DNA of 64,000 nt from Octopus sinensis (taxonomy: Eukaryota), in assembly GCF_006345805.1 (NCBI RefSeq), contig NC_043000.1, forward strand, positions 147,498,001 to 147,562,000. Reading direction: 5' to 3'. Every line of letters starts with the position of its first letter. The stretch's first letter is position 1. Under the pieces are notes generated by a model. It had not been told where the DNA came from. It saw only the letters and a program-made list of their open reading frames with translations, and did no database searches. Positions 43,748 through 55,830 of this stretch are shown here, piece by piece. A program made the position numbers and the translations under genes.

Positions 43748-46568
43748 GTAATCAATGTCTTTACTATGTCATACATTGGAATTAAATTTAGTACTCTACC
43801 TTATTCCCTCAATTATGCTGCTTTCAAAAACAGTTTCATTTGTAGACAAACTTTCTAACATAAGCTGTTTTATGCCTCATTGTTAGTGTTGTTTGATCAA
43901 GAAACTTAAGCACATACAAATACAAAAGATAGCTATTACTTTTATTGTCTTAGATAGAGATACACAAGTGACACACTGTCTTCACACTTTCTTATTTCTC
44001 ACAAGATTTCCATATGATTAGAGCACATTACTCCAAAATTTTTGTATGAGTTATTTTTCAACTTCTGAGATAAAATTATTATTTGCATATTCTAATCATA
44101 AGAAAAAATCTATAACTTCAATGTATTTATCTATAATCATTATTACCATGCTATAAAAAGGAGTCTTAAACTATGTTAAATTTAGATTTTGTTTAAATCA
44201 AATTGTTAATCTTCTTGAACATATATTTCAGGTTATTAATTTAAGATTTTGTTACTATTTTTGTTTGAGGTTGTGTAAATATAGTACATCTATATAGCTA
44301 ACAAATATAGAATTTATTTTACTAAGGTCACTTTTGCTTTTAGTATGGATATCTGATGAGAAATTATACATTTTTGATAAGTACTACTAAATTTAGATAT
44401 ATATTATTAGTTTTCTTTTAAATTAGTCCAAGTCAGAATAGACAACTAGGAATGATTAATGAATTTGAAATGTAATTTGAACAGGACGAACACATTTGAT
44501 GTTTACATTACTGGTTGCCACTCTTTAGATTTAAAAAAAATTTTCATGTGTGTGGTTGGTTCTTCCAATGGATTCATTATTGTAGAACTCTTGCTAATCT
44601 CACATTTGCCAAAACTTTGAAAAAATTTAAGCAGGTTCCTTCCGTGCCGGTGGCACGTTAAAAGCTCCAACCGATCGTGGCCGATGCCAGACCCCCCTGG
44701 CACCTGTGCAGGTGTGGCACATAAAAAGCATCCACTACACTCGCGGAGTGGTTGGCGTTAGGAAGGGCATCCAGCTGTAGAAACTCTGCCAGATCAGACT
44801 GGAGCCTGGTGCAGCCCCTGGCTTCCCAGACCCCGGTCGAACCATCCAACCCATGCTGGCGCGGAAAACGGACGTTAAACGATGATGATGATGATATTGT
44901 TATAATTATTAAGTCAAGTGAAAGAAATGGGGTTAATCCTTCAGAAGTAAGCACTTTCATAGTTAACCAGGAAATAATTTGAACTCTTAACTGAAAGTTG
45001 TCAAGTAGCTTATATGTAAATTATCGATGTATGACTGAAATCTTATAGAACTTTTACAGCCTCTCACTTTGACGGTAAATTTTTTACAACATTTTGCTTT
45101 TATTTCATTTCATAAAAAAACACCTGTTTTAGTGACAAACACTGCTTAATTACCTTCTTCTGAAAAAAACTTTTAGTATTATTTGAGTGATCATATATTT
45201 TTATTGGTTGATCTACTGAAAAAAAATCCAAGTTAATAGTATGTAATGGTAACCAATTTAGTTGTTGATAGTATGGAAAAGATTGGTGAAACTAGTATTG
45301 ATAGTAATTTTTTGAAGTAAAGGTGGCAAAGATAGCCAAGACAGTAAAGTACTGAGCCTGATTTTACTTTTTATATTTCCAGAGTTGATATTTTACCAGT
45401 TATAGATTGCCCTTAAGTCAATCAAATATGTTTTTCAGCTACAAACAAGTAGCCTTGTTAGGAAAATATGTATTCTGTTTTGATATTAGAAAAAAGCACC
45501 AACTGATCGTGGCCGATGCCAGACCCCTCTGGCACCTGTGCAGGTGGCACGTAAAAAGCACCCACTACACTCGCGGAGTGGTTGGCGTTAGGAAGGGCAT
45601 CCAGCTGTAGAAACACTGCCAGATCAGACTGGAGTCTGGAGCAGCCCCTGGCTCCCCAGACCCCGGTCGAACCGTCCAACCCGTGCTAGCGCGGAAAACG
45701 GACGTTAAACGATGATGATGATGAATTCACATTTGTTTAAGTAAAAATAGTTACCACTCTTAATCACAAGTCAGTGGTTGACAAAATGAAGAATATCCAG
45801 TTTTGAAAGTAATTTCTCTAACATGTAAATACTGAAATGTTTTAAAATCCATTCTATTCGTGCTAGATGAAAGTTAGGCAGGAGTTTGAAGGATTTCATT
45901 AAAAAAAGAAAAATGAAAAAACATCTTATGAAAATATTTATAACTTTTGAGAAAGAATCTACCTGGCTTGCTTAGTATCTTAGGATCCAGTGTTCAAATT
46001 ATTCTGAGGTCAACTTTGCCTTTAATCTCTTTGTTATTAATAAAATATATTTATAAAACAATGGTATAATTAAGTGTACACTGTCTTTAAAAAACATTTT
46101 TTAATTTCTTGGTGGAAAAGAACCAGTAAATCAAGTGTAAGAATTGTATAAGAATAAACTATGAGAGTTATATGATATAATGCTTTTGATTCTTCATTGG
46201 AGCTATTTTACTTTACATGGTCTATTGATACTTTTGTGGGTGACATGAATGCTAAATAGTATAGGTCATTTCTGTACCTGTGTGTGTGTGTATGTGTGAC
46301 CTAGCTGTTACAGTGTTGCATTCACATTCACGAGATTGTGGGTTTCATTCTTAGGCCTAGTAGTGCATTGTGTTTTTGAGTGAAACACGTCATTTCATGT
46401 TGCTCACTTTGACATCTGACTTGTGGTACCCTGTATACCTGTACAGGCAATGTCAATTTGATGAGGAGAGTGAGAGGTTATATGCAACAGAAACTATAAA
46501 CAAATCACTTGTGTAGGTTGTTTAGTAAGAAATTGCAGAACCATCTTTCTCAAACTCGAGAGAACACC

Positions 46569-46632
<64 letters not shown>

Positions 46633-47103
46633 ACACACACACATATACATACAGCCACTCATAAAAAGCAAAATCATCAAAGTCATATATTAATTGTTTG
46701 TGGGATTTTCCAGTCATAGAAGCTTTGTGCAGTGCATATGTATAAGCAAACCAGTTAGAAACACAGGGTTACATAAATCAGCCACTGAAATCTTTTCTCT
46801 GCATTAATTCAGTACATGTGTGTGAATCAATCATTATATACTAACAGAAGACTATGTCTTCTATTATTTTGCCTGCATTTTCATCATTGCTAAATTTACC
46901 ATCATGCTAAAAGCATCATCAGCAAATTCATCCTCATGCTTTTATCTGGTGGACAATTACATCAAAAAAACATGGTAGTTTTATTTGTAGGTTTGATATG
47001 TCATATTTAATTATATCATTGGTGGTTAGAGTATGTAAATTTGGAATATTTGGAATGTATGTGTGCATTTTTCACTGAAAAACTAAATATTGGTATGGTA
47101 ATG

Positions 47104-47283
47104 ATTTACATGTGACAGATATTTGTTCTCATCTTGTTTGTTGTTAACACAACGTTTCAGCTGATATACTCTCCAGCCTTCATCAGGTGTCTTAGGGAAA
47201 TTTCGAACCTGAGTTCTCATTATTATTATTATTATTCATGTCACTGCCTGGAATCGAACTCGGAATCTTGGGGTTAGTACCCG
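47104..47283 (-). mobile_element. 5'-truncated tRNA-derived SINE: tRNA 3' half, (AAT)n linker, hammerhead-containing tail
   Basis: Minus strand cgggtactaaccccaagattccgaGTTCGATTCCaggcagtgac (B-box at ~47250-47260), then (AAT)n, then the hammerhead motif. Confidence 0.7.
47146..47191 (-). ncRNA. Minimal type I hammerhead ribozyme motif within a tRNA-headed SINE
   Basis: Minus strand: gacac CTGATGA a ggctg-gagagtatat-cagct GAAA cg TT gtgtt. Stem I gacac/gtgtt, stem II ggctg/cagct, palindromic AACGTT stem III, GUU cleavage triplet. Confidence 0.75.
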
Positions 47284-48547
47284 AAGGAGATATTTGGAAA
47301 GTGTTGTATTACTCTTGAATACTATCTTGTGGTATTCACAGAAATCTATGTGATCCAAGAGATGGAGAGATGACAGAGGCTCAGGATGTGTGAGAGAAAA
47401 GAAACAGGAGTATACTATCATCATTCCCATGTTATTGTTTGTTCCTTCTTGAGCCATGCCTGACTCATAAGGGCCGGTTTCGTTGATATATAGGTTCCCC
47501 ACCTGGACAGGATGTCAGTCCATTGCAGGTGAACTGCTTGATGCAGGAGGAAAGAGTGAGAGAAAGTTGTGGAGAAAGAGTCAGCAGAAGTTTACCATTA
47601 CCTTCTGCCGGAGCTGCGTGGAGTTTAGGTGTTTCACTCATAAACACATACATCACCCGGTCTGAGATTCAAACCCACAATCCCTCGATCATGAGTCCAC
47701 TGCTCTAACCACTAGGCCATGTGCCTCCATTCTCATGTTACTCTGTGATGTAAGGTGATGACAAACCATATAGCTGGGAAGGGCAAAGGTAGAGTGAAGT
47801 AGGCACAAATGGTCCAATATGGTCACCTATACTTAGGTTACAAGATGGGTGGGTGGAGTCAAGTGGTGAGTGGTGATGGAGAATGGGATGTTGGGTGAGG
47901 GTCAGACTACGTGTAACAACATTCCACAGTTTCCCTCCATATTTAGAGGTTGGCATTTTATGCAGCATGTGACCATACCAGCACAGTCTTCTTTCTTGCA
48001 CTACATGTGATGCCTCTTATACCCAATTTTTCTCTCAAAACATGTACACTTTCTCATACAAATGATATAGATGTTCAAGGGGTAAGATGCTATCAAAGAC
48101 ATTGCGCAGCACACGCTGTAAAGTGGTTGATGTTAGGAATGGCACCCAACCATAAAAACCATGCCAGATCAGACTGGATGGTGCAGCTCTGGTCAAACCA
48201 CCCAACCTATGCCAGCATGGAAAACAGACGATGAATGATGATGATGATGATATATATCGTTGCTATTATGCAAAAGTGTTGCAAGTTTAAGACGTTGCTT
48301 TTTCAGAAAATGAAAAAGTTTCACCTTTCCATAGCAAAACCGTTTTTGCTACACTTTGAAAATTTTTGATACCTCAGCATCTGAAACAGCTGGAGATACG
48401 ATAGTTTGACCAAAAGAACCGGCTATTGCAAGCAAAAGTGAATATTGAAAAAAATGCATTTGGCCAAATTTAGACATATGACAGTTTAACAATATATATA
48501 TATATATATATATATAAGCGAGAAAGAAGCAACAAGAATGGATAGGT

Positions 48548-48638
48548 TTTTAGTACGATCGTTTCATACAAGGACAGGTTTTATTAAAAGTTGCAAAGAT
48601 TACAGCATATAAACGAGTCCCGTACTCATCAGCTAAAA
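48548..48638 (-). ncRNA. Mirror copy of the same hammerhead motif in the left arm of the palindrome
   Basis: Reverse complement of 49042-49132. Confidence 0.78.
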
Positions 48639-49041
48639 TACATGTAAGTTCTCTAGACATCCTAGTGTTTGAGGCTATACTCATGAAGTAATGTAGATAA
48701 TTAAACAGATTTCTAAAGTTCATTAAAGTTCTTTAAAGATGATGTATAGTCTTATCACAGAATTTTAAAAAAGTTTTGATAGCATCACAGAGAAGGTGAC
48801 CTAATCCATATGAATTTCCATAGATATGATGTGAGTATATAATCCCTCATCATATCTATGGAAATTCATATGGATTAGGTCACCTTCTCTGTGATGCTAT
48901 CAAAACTTTTTTTTAAAATTCTGTGATAAGACTATACATCATCTTAAAGAACTTTAATGAACTTTAGAAATCTGTTTAATTATCTACATTACTTCATGAG
49001 TATAGCCTCAAACACTAGGATGTCTAGAGAACTTACATGTA

Positions 49042-49132
49042 TTTTAGCTGATGAGTACGGGACTCGTTTATATGCTGTAATCTTTGCAACTTTTAATAAA
49101 ACCTGTCCTTGTATGAAACGATCGTACTAAAA
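49042..49132 (+). ncRNA. Type I hammerhead ribozyme motif (Penelope-like-element type)
   Basis: Stem I ttttag/ctaaaa; core CTGATGA (49048-49054); stem II gtacgggac/gtccttgtat with long loop; GAAA (49115-49118); palindromic stem III aCGATCGt; NUH triplet GTA (49124-49126). Confidence 0.8.
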
Positions 49133-49278
49133 ACCTATCCATTCTTGTTGCTTCTTTCTCGCTTATAATCACCCCACATTACTGTATTGTTAAATCAGTA
49201 TAGTTTTTTTGGTGCATCTAAGTTAGGTACCATATTCAAGTAAATTTTTAAATTAACTTGAATCTTTATTGCTATTTG

Positions 49279-49302
<24 letters not shown>

Positions 49303-49309
<7 letters not shown>

Positions 49310-49529
49310 AGCGGGACCAGCCATCTGAATGTGGCTAGGGACAGGGCGGGGTGGTGGGGGTGTTACTGATGCATTTAGCCCCAGGCGACTGTCTATAGTC
49401 GCCTGGGGCTAAATGCATCAGTAACACCCCCACCACCCCGCCCTGTCCCTAGCCACATTCAGATGGCTGGTCCCGCTTATATTACAGAGCAGTTACTGTT
49501 TATACCTCGCTTAGAGATTTATTATTGTT
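49303..49529 (+). mobile_element. Fold-back element 2: 88 bp inverted arms (49303-49390 / 49397-49484), 6 nt loop, ~45 nt tail
   Basis: GC-rich perfect palindrome embedded in (TA)n. Same architecture as element 1. Confidence 0.7.
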
Positions 49530-49557
49530 ATATATATATATATATATAAGAAAAGAA

Positions 49558-49588
<31 letters not shown>

Positions 49589-49987
49589 GGCATTAGGAAA
49601 GGCATCAAGCTGTAGGAAGCATGTCAAATCAGATTGGAACCTGGTGCAGCCCACCCGCTGGCTGACCAGTTCCAGTCGAACTGTTTAACCCATGCCAGCA
49701 TGGAAAGCAGACATTAAATGATGATGATATATATACATACATGCATATGTACAGGCACACACACATGCTTAGCAATACATACCTGTATATATACAAATAT
49801 ACATAACAATTTTAGCATCCATCTTGGCCTGGCCAGTGGGCAAGCAAGTCTTCTACACTGTGCTGCCAGTCAATACTGTTCTTCATCTCCCTAAGGAGTT
49901 TTAGCTCTATCTTTACCACTTCGTTCCTAGTTGTTTTTGGTTTCCATCTTCAACAGGCTCCATATGGGTTTGTGTGTGTATGTGTGA

Positions 49988-50672
49988 ATCATCATCATCA
50001 TCATCATCGTTTAACGTCCGCTTTCCATGCTAGCATGGGTTGGACGGTTCAACTGGGGTCTGGGGAGCCCGAAGGCTGCACCAGGCCAGTCAGATCTGGC
50101 AGTGTTTCTACAGCTGGATGCCCTTCCTAACGCCAACCACTCCGAGAGTGTAGTGGGTAATTTTATGTGCCACCGACACAGGTGCCAGACGAGGCTGGCG
50201 AACGGCCACGCTCGGATGGTGTTTTTTATGTGCCACCGACACAGGTGCCAGACGAGGCTGGCGAACGGCCACACTCGGATGGTGTTTTTTATGTGCCACC
50301 GACACAGGTGCCAGACGAGGCTGGCAGACGGCCACGCTCGGATGGTGTTTTTTATGTGCCACCGACACAGGTGCCAGACGAGGCTGGCGAACGGCCACGA
50401 TCGGATGGTGTTTGTTACGTGCCCACAGCACGGACGCCAGTCGATGCGGTACTGGCTACGGCCATGTTCGGATGGTTTTCTTATGTGCCACCGGCACTGA
50501 TACCACAAAGATACAAATTCCATTGATGTTCATCTATTTTGATTTGGTTTTTGGTTTTCACTTGCCTCAACAGGTCTTCACAAGTGTCACAAGAAGGAAG
50601 GTATGCACAGGTGGACTGACTACGTCCCAGGTAGGGGCCACGGGTTATGGCCTCACTAGTCTTGCCGGGTCT
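49988..50672 (-). mobile_element. RTE 3' end with an expanded 63 bp tandem array (50161-50495)
   Basis: Four near-identical 63 bp units plus about two diverged ones; (GAT)n tail at 49988-50010. Confidence 0.8.
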
Positions 50673-50982
50673 TTAAATGTGAATATTGACATCCCGTCAC
50701 TTTACTTGTCACTGCTGCTACTAAGATGTTTGTGTTCTTTATTGACATTATGATTGCTCACTACATTTAAAGACCTGTCGTATAAAAAAGTCCCTTACTT
50801 GTAAAACAACATTTCAAAAATGTAACTGTTCAGAACATGCTAACATAGAAAATAAATATGCTGTAAAGAATGGATGGAGCCCTCTATCTCTTATTATTTC
50901 ACACACACTGTATCTTTATCTTGCTTCAGTGTATTTTACTAATTGAAATAAAGATAGTATCTAAAGCTAAAGTCAATAATTA

Positions 50983-51381
50983 TACTCTTTTACTTGTTTC
51001 AGTCATTTGACTGCGGCCATGCTGGAGCACCGCCTTTAGTCGATCAAATCGACCCCGGGACTTATTCTTTGTAAGCCCAGTACTTATTCTATCGGTCTCT
51101 TTTGCCGAACCGCTAAGTGACGGGGACGTAAACACACCAGCATCAGTTGTCAAGCAATGCTAGGGGGACAAACACAGACACACAAACCCACACACACACA
51201 CATATATATATATACATATATACGACAGGCTTCTTTCAGTTTCCGTCTACCAAATCCACTCACAAGGCATTGGTCGGCCTGGGGCTATAGCAGAAGACAC
51301 TTGCCCAAGATGCCACGCAGTGGGACTGAACCCGGAACTATGTGGTTGGTTAGCAAGCTACTTACCACACAGCCACTCCTA
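50983..51381 (-). mobile_element. Same tRNA-SINE family
   Basis: Nearly identical to 5002-5441. Confidence 0.85.
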
Positions 51382-51457
51382 TAGCATAAGTTTTCAATTA
51401 CACTGTATCAAAAAATTTATTTTAGTACATTATTTTGTTTGTTTATGTCTGTGTGTG

Positions 51458-51496
<39 letters not shown>

Positions 51497-51724
51497 TTAT
51501 GTGAATTATTTATTTGTATTTTCAATTTCATATGATATTTTTAAACAGCCACTTAAGCAACCAGGAAAGGATATTTGAGGTGTCATTCAACATAAAAAAC
51601 AATGACAGATATCTGAAATAAATACTGAAAACATGCATAGACATGAATTTTGTTAACAAAGAGATTGCATATTTATTTATAACACAAGTATGGGTTTGTG
51701 TGATTAAGAAGTTTAGTTTTCAGT

Positions 51725-53255
51725 TACCGTAAAAACCCATGTAATTTACACACTTTGTTTTCGCAAAAACAAAAATAAACTTTAGCGGGGGCATAAATTA
51801 CATGAGATCTTTTCCAGAATGTTTTCAGAAATTTTTTTGTTGAAAAATGACGTACAATACATAAACATTCGTACAGGAAATAGACTCATTTAATGTCAGA
51901 ATAGGTTTTTACAGAAAAAATATAATAATGAAGTTGACTTTTATTTATGCTGGACAGTATAATGCATACTTTTTCTGTACAAATTTACTTAAACCATTAA
52001 ATGGTTAATTACTTTTTGAAGTTTGACGTTCATGCTGGTAATCACGAGTTTGTACCTATCGCAATGGAGCCCAACAGTTTCCTTAAATAGATCAGTTTTT
52101 CTCTGCTTAAGAAGTCTAGCTTACATTTGCCTCCAAGAAGCTATTCCTCGCTTTCTCCGCGTTAGGGCAATGAAAATCATCACTGCTAACATTGCCGCTA
52201 CCAGTTCTTACTGCATCTAACACCAACGAAAACATCATATAATTCATCCTTGCACATATAAACTCACTAAGTGAATATGACTTAGTGTTCTTAGAGAAAC
52301 CTTCAGTTACCTTATACTATGTTTAATGCCGTTTCACATTCATGTTGAATTATGCAGCAATCTTATGTTCTCTGCATAGAACACTTTTAATGTATGTATT
52401 ACCAGTTCTATTGGTATAGTAGATTTTTGCTATTCTTGTTTATGTCTCCTCACAAGTCGCTTCTTAAATTTTGCACCTCTCTTGTTTAATAAACACTCAG
52501 TTAAACTTGCAAAGCTGTTTATTTTCTCCTTTCGATTTTTAATGTTTATTTTAGTGGGTTACCAAACTATCAGTTTGGTCTCCCAACTAAGACAGTAATG
52601 ACTAATTTTAAAGTTTGTTTGACATTTTATAAGTATAAAAAGGATTAAAATTTCAATACTCTGTATCAAAGGTTCCGACAGGAATAGGCAGAAAATCAGA
52701 GCTTGTGACAAGAAGACACTTTCGACCAATCAGAATTCTGTTTACATAATCAGTTTGATCAGTCACCTTCCTCTGTCAGTTGAGTAAAGTGTCATCCAAG
52801 CTGATGTTTATTGGTAATTAAACTTATTTTGCAACACTTGTGCATACTTATCAGCTTATATTATTATATTATCAACAACTTTTTCTGTGATTGTGATTTG
52901 AGAAGACATATAGAAGTATGCTAAAGATCTGACATAATCTCTTGTGGGCAAGAAATGTGAAATAAAGTTTGTTATAAACAACACAAACACTTCGTAATTT
53001 AATAGCTTTCAATGTGATACCTGTTGAACAGAAATCATTTTTATCTAATGAAAATTTAATAAAATCTTATCATGAGTAAGTGAAATTATACTAAATACAA
53101 CTAAATTGAAAACCTTTGCCCCCTGGCCATATCGCCAATTCTGAAAACTTGGGTGCGAATTTTACATGAGTAGAAGGTTTTTTTTAACAATTTTTATCCT
53201 GAAAATCACCTGCATAAATTACACAGGTGCACAAATTACATGGGTTTTTACGGTA
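51725..53255. mobile_element. Non-autonomous TA-flanked DNA transposon (Tc1/mariner-pogo type), 21 bp perfect TIRs
   Basis: TA-ccgtaaaaacccatgtaattt ... aaattacatgggtttttacgg-TA. It splits an older SINE head. Confidence 0.8.
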
Positions 53256-55830
53256 TGTAGATTTAAGTTCAAACTCACAGTGTAATAGTTTTGCAAGTGT
53301 CTTCTAATAGAATGTTAGGCCAACCAAAGCCTAGTAAGTGAATTTGAGGCAGAAACTGAAAGAATGCCATTGTATGTCTGTGTGTGATTGTGTGCGCATG
53401 CACATTTATATGAGTGAGTTGTATTTCCCTCATGTTTGTGTTTGGCTCACAGATTGTAAACAAGAGCTTCACTAATTTTGGATACAGTCTATAATAGCAC
53501 CCAACAATGTCATTTGCTTGCATTTCACCCTAAAAACCATGTCCTGGCTTCTTCATCATCATCATCATCATCATCGTTTAACGTCCATTTTCCATGCTAG
53601 CATGGGTTGGATGGTTCAACTGGGGTCTGGGAAGCCAGGAGGCTGCGCCAGGCCCAGTCTGATCTGGCAGTGTTTCTACAGCTGGATGCCCTTCCTAACG
53701 CCAACTAATCCATGAGTGTAGTGGGTGCTTTTTATGTGTCACCTGCACAAGTGCCAGACGAGGTTGGCAAATGGCCACGATCGGATGGTGCTTTTTACGT
53801 GCCACCGGCACGGGGGCCAGACGAGGCTGGCAATGGCCACATGTTGCATAATCTTTATAAATGAATGGTCCATGCATTGGATGTTATTTGTTTCCAGTTC
53901 AAAACATGTCTGGGCTGTTTGAAGTTTGATAGACTCAGAAATTTGGAAATGTGGAATTGGCAACCTGAAGGGTATCTGGCATTAGAAAAACCTGTCCCAG
54001 CAAACTCTTATCTGACACATGCAAGTTTAAAAAAGTAGATGTTAAAATTATATATGTACAAGTACATGCACACACAATTTTTTTTATACATATACACGTA
54101 TAATATACTCTGTAAGGTGATTGGTGTTAAGTAGGGCATCCACCATAAAAACCATGCCAAAACAGACTGAAGCCTGGTGCAATCTTTTGGCTTGTCAGCT
54201 CCTGTCAAATTGTCCAGCCCATGCCAGCATGGAAAACGGATGTTAAATGATGATGATGATGATGATGAATATAGATGTAAAGATATATGGCCTAGTGGTT
54301 AGGGGGTTGCACTTACAATTACAAGATTGTGTTTTTGATTCCCAGACAGGCAATATGTTGTGTTCTTGAGCAAAACACTTCATTTCACATTGCTCAACTC
54401 CGCATACCTATAAGTGTGTAATCCTGCAATGGACTGATGTTCCATTGTGAGGGAATGCTAGCTTGTCCAGTGGGGTAGCATCATTTGAAAACTACATGTA
54501 TGTGAGGAAGCATATTGTGACCAGTGGTGTATAACCTCATCTGATAGTCTGGTAAATACAGTAATAACATTTATGTATATTTTATATCTCATGCACTCTT
54601 TTTCCCAAAGTTACTTTCAATATGGAAGGAAGGTGGTAGTAGAGAGCATTATCAAGTAGCTAGAAGAGAAACTGTCAGGTAAACTTTAAGTAGGTAAGAA
54701 GGTGGGAAAACAGAGATTTGCACATATTCTGTGGCATGAGGATCAAAGGCAAAAGGTGTTCAGGATTGAAAGACAGTGTGTTAGAGAGAACAGTGATGTC
54801 ATTGGAGAGAAGTGTATATGAAAATGATAGAGGCACACTTGCCATTGCCATTGATGTCAAGAAAGTAGCTGTTGAATGTGGAGAATGCTTTGGATAAAAA
54901 GGGGTTACCTAAGCTGACCCTACAAAGCAATTTAGTACATGTAGATAGGCAAAGCTCTTGGCATATTCAGGGCTAGTTACTAAAATGCTCGAAACATCTG
55001 GTGAGGCAGGATACATGATAACCACCTGAATAGTTAATCAAGTAATACAGGAACATGTCAACACTATCATTATAAACTGCTGCAAGAGGTAAAGAAATGC
55101 TTTTGAGTGACACTTGGAATGAATCTCTTTATACAAGCAAAATATACAGAACTTTCAGGCATTTAAAGCTATAATATACTCAGAAAGATAAAAGAATACT
55201 TTTAATAACATACCTTCTTGTCTTTCCTGCTCTTTAACCTACACTTAGATATTTCATAAAACTGCACTACCTAGAATAAACAATAGTTGCTCTCAATCAA
55301 CATTTCCTCTAATTTTTTGCTTCTGTATGCAGAAATTTGATTGTGAACAAATTCTGTCTTTCTTTGCAAAGTATGTATACATCCATACAAATAACTATCA
55401 CTTAAATTTTTTCATTTAAAAAAGTTCAGTTTCGTTTTGAAAACCTTGTATGAGCACATTTTCCCCTTTTCCCAGTTGTAAAATATGCTTATATACAAGA
55501 TGGAACACTGCTCTTAATCCCATAGACTTCATTTGCATTACTTTTCATATGTATTTAGATACATACATGTTACTTGAACCATTCATACCCCAGAGAATAT
55601 TTGTAATCTAAACTTACACTAAGAGTACATGTAGGTGTGTTTGAGTGTGAGTGGAAGTATGAGAGAGAGAACATGAGTATATTTATATGGCAGAAATTGT
55701 CATGAATACATACTGCACTGCACTCTCTTTCCCAAAGTTACTTTCAATCGTTTTTTTTTTTTATTTTGTATTAGTACTATCGTACAAATTAGTCTGCTTT
55801 TTAAAAAAATTATCTTTTATTATAGTATCA

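Larger units (their letters stand above)
48513..49279 (+). mobile_element. Fold-back element 1: ~320 bp inverted arms (48513-48831 / 48848-49167), 16 nt loop, unique tail; probable Penelope-like element terminus
   Basis: Arms are reverse complements apart from two homopolymer length differences. Flanked by (TA)n on both sides. Contains the hammerhead motif. Confidence 0.75.

Noticed and set aside
47240-47283. Possible tRNA gene (and other tRNA-like heads)
   Set aside because: Only partial cloverleaf; each is attached to a SINE body.
50011-50526. ORFs with 21 aa repeats; superficially CRISPR-like array
   Set aside because: Head-to-tail 63 bp units with no unique spacers, lying in a LINE 3'UTR; eukaryotic context with no cas genes.
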